In this document: piece by piece, positions 36,939 to 47,017 of the stretch | How positions within the stretch are numbered: the first letter of the stretch is position 1 | Layout: each line of letters begins with the position of its first letter | Source: Patescibacteria group bacterium | Lineage (GTDB): Bacteria > Patescibacteriota > Microgenomatia > UBA10105 > UBA927 | Length of the DNA: 64,000 bases | Assembly (NCBI GenBank): GCA_023379025.1 | Contig: JAMCTH010000010.1 | Coordinates: 9,088 to 73,087, forward strand | Reading direction: 5' to 3' | The notes under the pieces: generated by a model | Seen by the model: only the letters and a program-made list of their open reading frames with translations | Told to the model about the DNA's origin: nothing | Database searches by the model: none | Made by a program: the position numbers and the translations under genes

Positions 36939-37244
36939 CTAAATAAATCCCAGCTGTTCTTTGGCTTCTTTGCTCATCCGGTCCATAGTCCAGGGAGGCT
37001 CAAAGGTGAGATCAACTTCTACAGATTTGACTCCCGGAAGTTTTTCGAGTGCGTCTCGGATAGGAGTTGCGATAAGGTCAAAAAGCGGGCAGCCGATCGA
37101 AGTCAGCGTCATAAGTACCCGGACATTACCGCGCTTCTCATCGATCCCGATATCGTAGATAAGGCCGAGATCCACGATCGAGACGCCGATCTCCGGGTCA
37201 GGTATGGATTTGAGTGCATCGGAAATAGCTTGCTTTTGCAGCAT
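36939..37244 (-). CDS. DUF59/SufT-like Fe-S cluster assembly protein
   Basis: DPEIGVSIVDLGLIY, MTLT..GCP, FEPPW..RMS. Confidence 0.92.
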   Translation of the reverse strand: MLQKQAISDALKSIPDPEIGVSIVDLGLIYDIGIDEKRGNVRVLMTLTSIGCPLFDLIATPIRDALEKLPGVKSVEVDLTFEPPWTMDRMSKEAKEQLGFI

Positions 37245-37315
37245 ATTAGATTTATTATACACGGCAAGATAGATTCCGGTACAATATATTTGTTTCTTGC
37301 CCCTCACAAAAAACG

Positions 37316-37870
37316 ATGAGTTTTTTCTTAGACATTTTTCGCCCGAAAAATACTATTACTGTTGTAGACTTTAATGGATTACAAGGTGTAGTCATGGGTA
37401 CCCCGGACCGATCTCCGGTTTGGGTCAAAAATACGGCCCAAAATCTTCAAATTGCGCGACGAGAAGGTGTCAGGCCTTTATGTTTTGCTGATGTTTTATC
37501 CCAAATTGAACCAGAACAACTCTCTATAATTGTCCTGTTTGATACACCACCAAATACTCCATTAACTGGTAATCATTGGAGGGTAGATTCGATCGATCAA
37601 CAAAATCAGACGGTAACTCTCCAGCACTGTAATGGGTGGGGCAATAGTGATCACTCTTGGGTCCAACCACTAGAAGCGCCTTATGACTGGCCTCTTTTTA
37701 GCGGTATAAGTGTACATCAATACAATTATGCAGGATTAGTTTTACCGCTTGTCGATGTCGCAAGACGCTATGATGAAGACTCGCCAGATATTCCATTTTT
37801 ATCACACAAAGAGAGTATTTTCTTTTCGAACGCGGAAGGTACCTTGACCGAACTTACCTACGAATCGTGA
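37316..37870 (+). CDS. Hypothetical protein, paralog of the next ORF
   Basis: AT-rich; shares R.D.I....T.TL.HC, F.G..[IV]H.Y, PL...A and EG.L.EL with 37903-38451. Confidence 0.65.
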   Translation: MSFFLDIFRPKNTITVVDFNGLQGVVMGTPDRSPVWVKNTAQNLQIARREGVRPLCFADVLSQIEPEQLSIIVLFDTPPNTPLTGNHWRVDSIDQQNQTVTLQHCNGWGNSDHSWVQPLEAPYDWPLFSGISVHQYNYAGLVLPLVDVARRYDEDSPDIPFLSHKESIFFSNAEGTLTELTYES

Positions 37871-37902
37871 TTCACACATGAACACGTGGTACAGTGTTAC
37901 CC

Positions 37903-38451
37903 ATGAATAAAGATATCCGATTTGGCTCTCTCCATCTTTCACAGGATCAATTCCCATCGGATTTGCTACACACCATGTGGAGTTGGCAAAAATTATTCGA
38001 GGCAAACGGTACAAACCGTGCTGAAGCAATTGGCTTGGGTTATATCCCGCGGTCTATTGCCGAGGTGATTGCTGATATACCAGATACACACGATCTCTTA
38101 AACATGGTGCTGACAGATGGTGCGCCACGGGGTCGAAATTTTGCTCAATACTTCCGGATAGACACTATAAACGTCGAGGCTGAAACGATTACTCTCATCC
38201 ATTGCACGGAGGACGGCGTGCATGATCTTACAGAGTCGGGAGTGACCATCTCCGCGGATCGACGGATGTTTACCGGATATGCCATCCACCCTTATGAGAT
38301 GGACGGGACGCAGTACCCACTGTCGGAAATTGCCGCCATGGTCAGCGGTGATCACCTGGATATCGATGATGGAACTGTAACCATCGGGCCTGTAACTGTG
38401 TATGTCTCAAAACCAGAAGGATTGGTGGAACTTCCTCCGGAGGGATACTAA
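37903..38451 (+). CDS. Hypothetical protein, paralog of the previous ORF
   Basis: Same shared motif series; convergent overlap with the recR stop. Confidence 0.65.
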   Translation: MNKDIRFGSLHLSQDQFPSDLLHTMWSWQKLFEANGTNRAEAIGLGYIPRSIAEVIADIPDTHDLLNMVLTDGAPRGRNFAQYFRIDTINVEAETITLIHCTEDGVHDLTESGVTISADRRMFTGYAIHPYEMDGTQYPLSEIAAMVSGDHLDIDDGTVTIGPVTVYVSKPEGLVELPPEGY

Positions 38452-39059
38452 TATTCTCTTCTTCCTTCCAGCGCTCTCGTAAGCGTCACGTCATCGGCGT
38501 ACTCGATGTCCGCACCGACCGGCAGCCCATGGGCCAACCGGGTAATTGTGATCTTTGCATCGTAATTTTTAATTTGTTTTGTGATGTACATCGCAGTCGC
38601 CTCCCCCTCCATAGTAGGGTTGGTAGCAAGGATTATTTCTCCGGCCGCGGTATCGGAGAGTTTGAGGCGCTTCAGAAGATCGGCTATATAGAGTTCGTCC
38701 GGCCCGATATTGTTGAGGGGGTCTATCGCGCCGTGAAGCACATGATACAGCCCTTTATACCGGCCGGTCCGCTCAACAGACAAAACATCCGTCGGATTTT
38801 CTACGACACAGATAACCGTCTTATCCCGTGACGGATCGCTACAGATGCCGCAGGGATCCGTTTCACCGACGTTTTTGCATACACTGCAGAGGACCGTCCG
38901 GGACTTGAGATTCCTGAGGTTGTCGGCGAAACGGTTGAGTTCCTCTTCCGGCACATGCAAAAGGTAAAAGGCAAGCCTTTGGGCCGTCTTGGGACCAATG
39001 CCGGGCAGCCGCTCAAAGGATTCGATAAGCCGTGACAGTGCTTTGGGAAGAAGTGCCAT
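38448..39059 (-). CDS. recR: Recombination mediator RecR
   Basis: LPGIGPKTAQRL, C4 zinc finger, YHVLHG, ILATNPT.EGEATA. Confidence 0.97.
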   Translation of the reverse strand: MALLPKALSRLIESFERLPGIGPKTAQRLAFYLLHVPEEELNRFADNLRNLKSRTVLCSVCKNVGETDPCGICSDPSRDKTVICVVENPTDVLSVERTGRYKGLYHVLHGAIDPLNNIGPDELYIADLLKRLKLSDTAAGEIILATNPTMEGEATAMYITKQIKNYDAKITITRLAHGLPVGADIEYADDVTLTRALEGRREY

Positions 39060-39069
39060 GATACAAGGA

Positions 39070-39777
39070 TTATACCGCAAAAAAGCGGCGCACCGCAGGG
39101 TCCATGAGCGTATCGGCAAGAATAGTCGGGTGTTCACGGGCGAGATCCTCGCGGCTGCTGTGCCGCCCGGTCATGACGATGATGCTCACCGCCCCGATGG
39201 CCCGGGCGCAGAGGATGTCGGGAACGGCATCGCCGAGTATCACGATTTCGCTCGAAGAAACTCTGTTTCCCGTAACCGTACGGAATTTTTCAAACACTTT
39301 CGCCGCCAGTACATTTCTGTCATCCGCTTCTTCCCCGAATAGGCCGAAACGGAATACGTACGGTACGCCCGCATGCGCGAGTTTCCACCGCGCCATGCGC
39401 TCGACATTGCCCGTTAAGAGAGCCAGGGTAATCTCCTGTCTCTTCCGAAGCAGCGAAATCAGGTTCAACGCCTCAGGAATAGCGTCATACAGCTTACCCC
39501 CTGATTTTGCCTGCTCTCCCGCGTACTCCTGGAGGGCGTGTCCCAGCGCATCCATGTGCTCCCATACTGCCTGGGAAGAAATGCCGTACGGCCGGACAAT
39601 CCAGGAAATGATGAGAGGATCCGTCCAGCCGTTGTAATTCACGGATGTATCGATATCCGCATCTATACCGAATACTTTTTTTACCGCATAGAGAAACCGC
39701 GGAAATCCGACCTGCGTACGTGTTCCGACATGATAGATAAGCGTCCCGTCGATATCGAAGAGGACAAGCCGTTTCAT
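39070..39777 (-). CDS. HAD-superfamily hydrolase
   Basis: LFDIDGTL, G.TD, LLTGN, GD..PD. Confidence 0.9.
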   Translation of the reverse strand: MKRLVLFDIDGTLIYHVGTRTQVGFPRFLYAVKKVFGIDADIDTSVNYNGWTDPLIISWIVRPYGISSQAVWEHMDALGHALQEYAGEQAKSGGKLYDAIPEALNLISLLRKRQEITLALLTGNVERMARWKLAHAGVPYVFRFGLFGEEADDRNVLAAKVFEKFRTVTGNRVSSSEIVILGDAVPDILCARAIGAVSIIVMTGRHSSREDLAREHPTILADTLMDPAVRRFFAV

Positions 39778-39782
39778 GAGAA

Positions 39783-40928
39783 TTAAGAAAAATATTTCAA
39801 CAGTCGTGTAAGTCCCTGCATCAGGTTCGGTTCAGAACTCGCAAACGAAATCCGGATATGGCCTTCTCCGCTTTTGCCGAAGACCGACCCCGGTATGACA
39901 CCGACGTTGGTTGCATGAAGGATATCTTTGGCCACAGCAAGGGACGCCCTGTTTGCCTCATACCGGAAAAAAAGATAATACGCGCCTTCCGGATCGGCAA
40001 AATGTATGGTTCCGTCACGGATCGGCGCGAGGGTCCGGAGGGTGAGATCCCGAAGCCTGCTGAACTGTTTCCGGTACGAACGGACGACCGCCTGCGGTCC
40101 GGTGAGCGCGGCGATGGCTGCCCGCTGAGATATTTTGGGAACGCACCCGACCAGGGCATCATGTGTTTTTGCAAATACACGGATCGCATCCGGCCGGGCA
40201 ACGACATACCCCACCCTCCACCCCGTCATGGCATACTCTTTGGAAAACGACCGTACGGTGATGAGCCGCGCTGAACGGTCCCAAAATTCCAGAAGGCTTG
40301 GGGCCGGATCAGCATAGGACAGGAAATGATACGTCTCGTCCGAAAGGATCCAGAATCCGTACCGGTCGGCAAGCCGGACCAGCGAACCCAATTCGTTGGC
40401 GGAAATAACGGCGCCGGTCGGATTATTGGGATTGGTCAGGATAAGGAGTTTCAGCCCCTTTTTTGCCGCGGCCTCAATGCGCGCGATATCGAGCATCCAA
40501 CGGGTGCTCTCCTGCATCGGCAGCTCAACACATACTCCCCGGGCGAGCATAATTTCCGGTATATGGTTGCAATAATCCGGAGTAACGATGCCTACCCGCT
40601 CTCCGTCATGAAGGAGGGAAAGAATTGCCGTTGCCGTTCCTTCCATCGCGCCGACGGTGACCAAAACGTGATCGACGCTTAGGCCCAGTTTATGATTTTT
40701 GCTCATTTCTTTTGCTATGGCGTCCCGCAACTCTTCGGTTCCCAGGAAGTTCGGGTAAACGCCAATCGCAGGATCGTCAAGGGCTTTTTTCGCAGCCGAG
40801 ATAATATGAGGAGCCGTCGGAAACGGAGGGATCCCCTGCCCGAGGTTTATGCCGCCTACAGCCTTTACCTCAATTGAGAGGCGCTTGATGACGGATTCGG
40901 GAAGCGAAGCGGCAAAATAATCATTCAC
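39783..40928 (-). CDS. PLP-dependent class I/II aminotransferase
   Basis: NLGQG.P, NPNNPTG, SDETY, SFSKEYAMTGWRVG. Confidence 0.93.
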   Translation of the reverse strand: MNDYFAASLPESVIKRLSIEVKAVGGINLGQGIPPFPTAPHIISAAKKALDDPAIGVYPNFLGTEELRDAIAKEMSKNHKLGLSVDHVLVTVGAMEGTATAILSLLHDGERVGIVTPDYCNHIPEIMLARGVCVELPMQESTRWMLDIARIEAAAKKGLKLLILTNPNNPTGAVISANELGSLVRLADRYGFWILSDETYHFLSYADPAPSLLEFWDRSARLITVRSFSKEYAMTGWRVGYVVARPDAIRVFAKTHDALVGCVPKISQRAAIAALTGPQAVVRSYRKQFSRLRDLTLRTLAPIRDGTIHFADPEGAYYLFFRYEANRASLAVAKDILHATNVGVIPGSVFGKSGEGHIRISFASSEPNLMQGLTRLLKYFS

Positions 40929-40943
40929 AATCAGTGGGTTTCG

Positions 40944-42206
40944 CTATGTTCCCTCCTGCCAGCTCCTCAGGTATTTGCGCTGGACGGGGGTGAGGCGGTC
41001 AAACCGCATCCCCATGGCCCGGAGTTTAAGTCGAGCAACACGCTGGTCAACCTCTTTAGGAAGGACATATACCTTAGGTCGAAGTGTTCCTTTTCGTTTG
41101 ACAAACCATGCCGCACCGAGCGCCTGATTGGCAAAACTCATATCCATGACCTCGGCAGGGTGCCCTTCCGCACCGACGAGGTTGATAAGCCTGCCTTCGC
41201 CCAGGGCATAGATGCGTTTTCCCCCGGGAAGTACCAGTTCTTCGAGGTTCGGACGGAGCATACGCCTTGTTTTCGCGAGTTTTACAAGGCCGTCATAATC
41301 AAACTCCACATTAAAGTGCCCGGAGTTGGCAAGGATTGCCCCGTCCTTCATGCGGCGGATATGGGCAAGGGTGATGACCTCCTTATCCCCCGTTGCCGTC
41401 ACAAAAAGATCCCCGTAGCGGACGGCCCGCCCGATCTGATCAACGGCAAACCCGTCCATAACCGCTTCAAGCGCGCGCACCGGATCGACCTCGACAACCG
41501 TGACATGAGCGCCCATGCCGCGCATCCGGGTTGCGATTCCCCGTCCGCACCATCCGTATCCCGTTACGATGACGCGCCTTCCGGCAAGAAGCACATTCGT
41601 AGTCCTGATGACCCCGTCAACGGTTGATTGTCCGGTGCCGTAGCGGTTATCGAACATATGCTTGGTATCGCTGTCATTGACCGCAAGGACAGGAATTTTC
41701 AAAGCACCGTCATGAGCCATGGCCTTGAGGCGTATGACGCCGGTCGTCGTTTCCTCGGCGCTCCCGATAACATGGGACAGTTCGTTTTTTCTTCCGGTAT
41801 GAAGAAGGCTTACAAGGTCGGCTCCGTCATCGGTCGTGAGATCCGGATGGACATCGAGAACGGCGTTAAGGTGTGCATAGTATGTCTTTTTATCCTCGCC
41901 GTGGACCGCATAGACAAAGACCCCATAATCGGAAACGAGAGAAGCCGCGACGCTGTCCTGCGTAGATAAGGGATTACTGGCACAGAGCGCAACCCTGGCT
42001 CCTCCGGCCAGGTACGTCAGGATCAGGTTTGCCGTTTCACTCGTGACATGGAGGCATGCCCCGATCGTAAGCCCTTTCAGCGGTTTCGTTTTCCTGAATT
42101 CATCCTGGATTTGCCCAAGAACCGGCATGTTCTGTCCGGCCCATTCAATTTTTTTCTTTCCCTCCGCGGCCAACTTTGCATCCGCGATATCATGTGTTTT
42201 TGCCAT
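40944..42206 (-). CDS. ahcY: Adenosylhomocysteinase
   Basis: CLHVT.ET, SNPLSTQD, DDGADL, EETTTG, K.MFDNRYGTGQS, GYGWCGRG, GH. Confidence 0.97.
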   Translation of the reverse strand: MAKTHDIADAKLAAEGKKKIEWAGQNMPVLGQIQDEFRKTKPLKGLTIGACLHVTSETANLILTYLAGGARVALCASNPLSTQDSVAASLVSDYGVFVYAVHGEDKKTYYAHLNAVLDVHPDLTTDDGADLVSLLHTGRKNELSHVIGSAEETTTGVIRLKAMAHDGALKIPVLAVNDSDTKHMFDNRYGTGQSTVDGVIRTTNVLLAGRRVIVTGYGWCGRGIATRMRGMGAHVTVVEVDPVRALEAVMDGFAVDQIGRAVRYGDLFVTATGDKEVITLAHIRRMKDGAILANSGHFNVEFDYDGLVKLAKTRRMLRPNLEELVLPGGKRIYALGEGRLINLVGAEGHPAEVMDMSFANQALGAAWFVKRKGTLRPKVYVLPKEVDQRVARLKLRAMGMRFDRLTPVQRKYLRSWQEGT

Positions 42207-42522
42207 AGGACTCCTTTCTGCTAGGGGCAGGATACGACTTCGTACGCTCTCCGTTATCTCAAATGACGGGCCCTTGTGTCAAGGGAGGCATGATACGATC
42301 TTCCGCACGAAACCATAGTAAATTAGACCGATCAACAAACTTTCCTTCGTGTAACACCTCACTATAGTTGATCATCCCGGGTATTGTACCGGCAAGAACG
42401 AGGTGCATTCTTCTCTTTTTGAGAAATTTGCTTGAGCCAAGCCAAAAGCTGCCTCCTTTCTTCCTCTCTCGTCACGTGCTGCCCGTTCAGCATGACCATG
42501 GTGTCCTCGGCAATTATGTCGT

Positions 42523-43521
42523 TTATGTACGTAAGGAGTCCATTGAGATCACTTCGCCATAATTTTCCTTATATCGTTTGATAAATTGCACCTTTGTATA
42601 GCTATGCGTCACCGTGCCGTATTTTTCTACCGTATAGACCGCCGCAACGGCGCCCATTTGCCCGCACACCGCCAGCTCCTCCGGGGTCAGACCTTGATTT
42701 TCCTTTGCTGACGCTCCATTCCTATACCGAACGTATCCTGCCAGAAATCCCCCCCGGAACGCATCCCCCGCTCCGGTCGGATCAAGAACGGACAGAGGCT
42801 TTGCAGGGCGGATATGGATGGCGTCGCGCCGCGTTTCTATGACGGAGCCGCGGGAACCGAGTGTCGTGATGAGTATAGGCACCATTGTCCTCAGTTCATC
42901 GTGGGATACATGCAGTTTTTCCTGCATAAGCTCGATTTCATAATCATTCCCGATCACGATTTCAGCGCCGCGTATCCCCTGTTGTAATTCCTGAGGGCTA
43001 AACGTACCTATCTGAAACGCAGGGTCATAGAGATACGGGAGTTTCAGGGTGCTGCACTCGCCGACGTACTTTTTCATCGCAGAGGGATCCGTCGGGGCAA
43101 TGACCACAAACATGTCCTTTCCCCCGTAAGGCGCGAGCGAAAGTTTTGCGGCGTAGCGGTTTGCACCGGTATAAAAGGTTCCGATTTGGTTGTCTTCCTT
43201 ATCCGTTACGACAAAATATGCACCGGTTCCCAAATTTTTATGAACCGGAATTGTTGCCGTCCGTATCCCGTGGTGTTCCAGAAAGGATTTGTAGTCGCCA
43301 AAATCATTGCCTGCGGGTGCCAATATGACGGGGTTCATACCGAGAAGTTTCAGGGAATAAGCGATATTTCCTGCGGTACCGCCGAATTGTTTATTGAGCC
43401 GGTCAACCAGGAAGCTAAGCGAGATACTGTGAATCTTATCCGCCATGATCCGGTCCGAAAACCGTCCGGCGAAGTTCATAATGTAGTCATAGCCGAGGGT
43501 GCCGGTGACAAGAATATCCAT
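42523..43521 (-). CDS. PfkB-family kinase, adenosine kinase-like
   Basis: G.L.YDYIM.F.G.F, S.SFLV, GGTAGNIAY, DNQI, NDYE, DPTGAGDAFRGG. Confidence 0.9.
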   Translation of the reverse strand: MDILVTGTLGYDYIMNFAGRFSDRIMADKIHSISLSFLVDRLNKQFGGTAGNIAYSLKLLGMNPVILAPAGNDFGDYKSFLEHHGIRTATIPVHKNLGTGAYFVVTDKEDNQIGTFYTGANRYAAKLSLAPYGGKDMFVVIAPTDPSAMKKYVGECSTLKLPYLYDPAFQIGTFSPQELQQGIRGAEIVIGNDYEIELMQEKLHVSHDELRTMVPILITTLGSRGSVIETRRDAIHIRPAKPLSVLDPTGAGDAFRGGFLAGYVRYRNGASAKENQGLTPEELAVCGQMGAVAAVYTVEKYGTVTHSYTKVQFIKRYKENYGEVISMDSLRT

Positions 43522-43592
43522 ACACATAAATCACAAATTCCAATGATCAAATCTCAAACAAAACCTAAGTTCCTTTGTGATTTGGGATTTCG

Positions 43593-43862
43593 CTATTGCA
43601 GGTTCAGGCTTTTGGACAGTTCGGTAAGTTTGCCCGCTGCCGCCTGCTGCGACTTTTTAATCGCTTCGTTAAGCGCCTGGCGGACATCATCGTTCGCCTC
43701 TCCCTGTATTTCCACACGTTTCACGTTCTGATTTCCGGTAATAACGATACGGACGTTTCCGCGGGTTACTTCAAACTCCTCCGCCTCAAGCGCCTGCTGT
43801 ATTTTGGCGGCGTGTTGCCTCATGGCATTCATATCTCCCAGCATTTTGAACGGATTCATCAT
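43593..43862 (-). CDS. ybaB: YbaB/EbfC nucleoid-associated protein
   Basis: Small protein downstream of dnaX; G.V.I.I.G.Q.V..V.I, ALNEA. Confidence 0.82.
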   Translation of the reverse strand: MMNPFKMLGDMNAMRQHAAKIQQALEAEEFEVTRGNVRIVITGNQNVKRVEIQGEANDDVRQALNEAIKKSQQAAAGKLTELSKSLNLQ

Positions 43863-43876
43863 AGAAACCTCCTTTT

Positions 43877-45298
43877 TTACTTTTTTCCTAATACTATGTC
43901 CACTTTTATCTTTGCTCCGAACAGTTTTTTTATAACTTCACTGAGAATTTCCCTCGTCTTAAGCTCGGAGAGCTTTTCCTTATGAAAGGGGTAAAACGCT
44001 TCAATGGTCACTATACCATGACCGACAGCCTTGGGTCTAGAGGACCTCAGCACTGCCGCAACGGAGTGATTGTATGGTTTTAATGCTTCAATGAAATCCT
44101 TCCAGTGTTCCGTCAGTTTTACGAGATTCAAAAGTTCATCGTCGTCATCCGCAGGAGTCTCCGGCTCTGCGTCCGGCGGCTTTGCATCTTCCGGGATTTC
44201 CTTTTTTTCCTTCCTGAAGCGTTCCTTTGGCGTTTCGCCTGTCTCTCCGGCAACGGAGTACTGAGAGATTCCTCCGTCGCAGTACTCGACAACCGCGATC
44301 TCAAGCGGGAGAGCCGGAACCGGAGCGCCTTTTATGGCCGCATATGCCTCCGAAAGTATCCCGACCGCCCGCTCGAGCTCTTGAACGGACCGGGTGCCGG
44401 ATGCGGCCCCAACAACGGTTTCGACAAGTTCCCGTTCGAGGGCTTTGAGACACTGGGTCAGGAACAGACGCATATCCGTTCCTGCAAGATCAAGGTCCTG
44501 AACCAGATGAAGAGCAGCACGGATATCACGGGCAAGAAAGGCAGTGAGAAATTTTCCGACCGATTCCTCGCTTGTGAGGGCGAGTACGCTGCGGACATCT
44601 TCCGCCGCCAGTTTCCCCTTCCGGAAGCTCATCTGTTCGAGCATTTTGACCGCGTCGCGGAAAGAGCCGTCAGCCGCACCCGCAATGATCCTGAGTCCTT
44701 CATCCGTGATATCGATATGCTCAGCGGAGACGATACGCCGGAGCGCATTACGGAGCGCGTCTTCCGGCGCCCTTCCGAAGGAAACGACGAGACAGCGGGA
44801 GCGGACCGTAGCGGGGACTTTCTGGGGATCGGTCGTTGCCAGCACAAACACGGCGTGAACCGGAGGCTCCTCAAGTGTTTTGAGGAGCGCATTAAAGGCT
44901 TCCGTCGTCAGCATGTGCACTTCATCAATGATGTACACTTTATAGGCGGCGTGAGCCGGTGCGAGCGCTATCCCGCTTTTGAGTTCACGGATTTCATCAA
45001 TTCCCCGGTTACTGGCGGCGTCCATCTCGAGTACGTCGAGGTTCCTGCCTTCGGCAATTGCACGGCACATATCGCAGGTCCCGCAGGGAGACCCGTCTTT
45101 CTGAGGTTTGGCACAGTCAAAAAGCTTGGCGATAAGACGGGCTGCCGTGGTTTTTCCGGTTCCCTTGGGACCCGAAAAAAAGTACGCGTGGGGCAGGGCT
45201 TTCTTGTCTTTTCCTAACAGTGAAAGGAGCGTCTCCCGGACGGCAACGTTATCTATGTCGGAAAATTTCTGTGGCCGGTAGGTTCGGTAAAAAGCCAT
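43877..45298 (-). CDS. dnaX: DNA polymerase III subunit gamma/tau
   Basis: YRTYRP, GPKGTGKTT, DAASNRG, IIDEVHML, ALLKTLEEPP, SRC. Confidence 0.97.
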   Translation of the reverse strand: MAFYRTYRPQKFSDIDNVAVRETLLSLLGKDKKALPHAYFFSGPKGTGKTTAARLIAKLFDCAKPQKDGSPCGTCDMCRAIAEGRNLDVLEMDAASNRGIDEIRELKSGIALAPAHAAYKVYIIDEVHMLTTEAFNALLKTLEEPPVHAVFVLATTDPQKVPATVRSRCLVVSFGRAPEDALRNALRRIVSAEHIDITDEGLRIIAGAADGSFRDAVKMLEQMSFRKGKLAAEDVRSVLALTSEESVGKFLTAFLARDIRAALHLVQDLDLAGTDMRLFLTQCLKALERELVETVVGAASGTRSVQELERAVGILSEAYAAIKGAPVPALPLEIAVVEYCDGGISQYSVAGETGETPKERFRKEKKEIPEDAKPPDAEPETPADDDDELLNLVKLTEHWKDFIEALKPYNHSVAAVLRSSRPKAVGHGIVTIEAFYPFHKEKLSELKTREILSEVIKKLFGAKIKVDIVLGKK

Positions 45299-45323
45299 AG
45301 GAATAAAAACATTTACCGTGCAT

Positions 45324-45719
45324 TCATTCCGGGTGATGGATGCCCAGGAGATGATTGAGCCCGTGAAGCGCAAGGCGGACAATCAATTCATCAACCAGCA
45401 GGTTCTCTTCAGATGCCTCAAGCACTGCCTGCGGGTAGGAAATGACGATATCGCCGAGCCGCAGAACGTCATCCGGCGGCGCAATGAACGGCAAAGCTTT
45501 CTCCGCCGGATCGTTGAGGGCAAAGGAGAGTACGTCCGTCGGAGCGGGTATGTTCCTGTATCTCGTATTCAGATCCCGCATCCTTCGGTTGCCGACAATC
45601 GAGACGCTCACTTCGGTCGGGCCCTTCACCTTGGGGGAAAGGGCGTCGACGATAGCCCGTTTGACCCGTTTCCGGTCTACGGGAAAATGCGACTCGGTAC
45701 GGAACAGTACAGTAATCAT
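45324..45719 (-). CDS. ybeY: rRNA maturation endoribonuclease YbeY
   Basis: LN..YR...PTDVLSF, LGDIVIS, HGLNHLLG.HH. Confidence 0.93.
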   Translation of the reverse strand: MITVLFRTESHFPVDRKRVKRAIVDALSPKVKGPTEVSVSIVGNRRMRDLNTRYRNIPAPTDVLSFALNDPAEKALPFIAPPDDVLRLGDIVISYPQAVLEASEENLLVDELIVRLALHGLNHLLGIHHPE

Positions 45720-46267
45720 GGTTTTTTTACCGAAACAACCTGTCCGCCCCACAGGAGACAAGCGGTCAGAAGGGTAGGCTTCGGAATGGCATACAGACCG
45801 TCACGGTCCGGCAAACCCGTCGGAAACGGGTCGCTGACCGAATACTCTGATGCCGCCGCATCATAAAGCACCACAAAATGCCCCGACGGATCGCCGATCG
45901 CAACCGTCCCGCCATCTTCAAGATAGAAAAGAAGATGCATCGCGTTTGTCACCCACACCGTATCCGCATCAGGCATGGAGGTAAGCCAGGCTCTCAGCCG
46001 GTCAATCAGTGCGCCTTTCGGTAAGTCACGCCACTCCGGAGCAATGCAATAGGTCGAAGACGTAAGCATAGTTGTCTCAAGCCCATGCCTGCGAAGATGC
46101 CGGGCCAGCTGAGCCGGATAGGTACGGTCCTGGTTGGTTATACCCAACTCGGACAGAATCCGTCGGGTACTCATGGGTTTTCCGAAATATTCGTAGATGT
46201 TCTGAAGACTTACCGGTCCGCAGTCGTGCGAGGTAGGATGCTGTCTATGGTTCGGAAAGGTTTTCAC
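45716..46267 (-). CDS. Papain-like (C39-like) peptidase, possibly internally deleted
   Basis: Q.....CGP.SL, GHFVVL, VSDP catalytic motifs. Confidence 0.7.
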   Translation of the reverse strand: MKTFPNHRQHPTSHDCGPVSLQNIYEYFGKPMSTRRILSELGITNQDRTYPAQLARHLRRHGLETTMLTSSTYCIAPEWRDLPKGALIDRLRAWLTSMPDADTVWVTNAMHLLFYLEDGGTVAIGDPSGHFVVLYDAAASEYSVSDPFPTGLPDRDGLYAIPKPTLLTACLLWGGQVVSVKKP

Positions 46268-46274
46268 GGCTGGT

Positions 46275-46727
46275 TTACTGCTTCCGGGAAAGAAGCTGTT
46301 TTAGAATTTCCGATACCCGTTTGCCGTCTGCCCTCCCGGCTACCAGAGCCATAGCGGCTTTCATGAGGAGACCAAAATTCGCTTCGTCGGACAGGACGAA
46401 CGGAAGAAGGATGGTGTGAAGCTCCTCATCCGTCAGCTCTTTCGGAAGGAACGCCTGAAGAATCGCAAGCTCCGCTTCTTCTTTTTCCACAAGCTCTGCC
46501 CTTCCGGCGGCCCGGAATGCCTCTATGGATTCGCGGTGTGTTTTGACCTGTTTTCTTATGACGTCAAGGATATCGCGGTCCGTCAGTTTTTCTTCCGCTT
46601 GAGCGCCGTATCTGGCTATGGCGTCATTCCTCACTTGAGACAGGAGAAACCGCAGCGTCCCCACACGCACCTGGTTGCCCTTTTTGAGCGATTCCTGTAT
46701 GTCCCGGGTCAGAGAAGCAAGAAGCAT
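46275..46727 (-). CDS. GatB/YqeY domain protein
   Basis: LR.L.S, KQVK...ESI..F..AGR.EL..KE..E..IL..FLP, GRADG. Confidence 0.92.
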   Translation of the reverse strand: MLLASLTRDIQESLKKGNQVRVGTLRFLLSQVRNDAIARYGAQAEEKLTDRDILDVIRKQVKTHRESIEAFRAAGRAELVEKEEAELAILQAFLPKELTDEELHTILLPFVLSDEANFGLLMKAAMALVAGRADGKRVSEILKQLLSRKQ

Positions 46728-46741
46728 AAGGGAAATTCCGG

Positions 46742-46942
46742 TTACGTCCGGCTGTACGCGCGGCTCGGATGCCTGAGCCGCCGTGCGAGTTCGCGCTTTT
46801 TTTCTTTCCTGACTTCCGCGGGTTTCTGGTAAAATTCCCGTTTTTTGAGATCCTGGAGAATTCCTTCCGACAGGACTTTCCGCGTAAATTTGCGGATCAG
46901 CGAATCGGATGTATCTCCGGGTTGTGCTTTCACAAATACCAT
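46742..46942 (-). CDS. rpsU: 30S ribosomal protein S21
   Basis: V.V......DSLIRKF.RK....GI..DLKKREFYQKP. Confidence 0.92.
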   Translation of the reverse strand: MVFVKAQPGDTSDSLIRKFTRKVLSEGILQDLKKREFYQKPAEVRKEKKRELARRLRHPSRAYSRT

Positions 46943-47017
46943 AACGTCAAAAAAACACCTCCCTTAAAAAGAGCGTTCAATCTTCTTTCTATTATACACC
47001 AAATTGCCGGGAAAGCA

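Noticed and set aside
42207-42300. Possible SAH/SAM riboswitch upstream of ahcY
   Set aside because: Only a vague GAGAGCG similarity; the other conserved elements are not found, and the region is explained by a promoter and SD.
42260-42500. Minus-strand fragments weakly resembling a 1-phosphofructokinase-type PfkB segment (HLVLAGTIPG)
   Set aside because: Short, split across frames and too degenerate to call a pseudogene.
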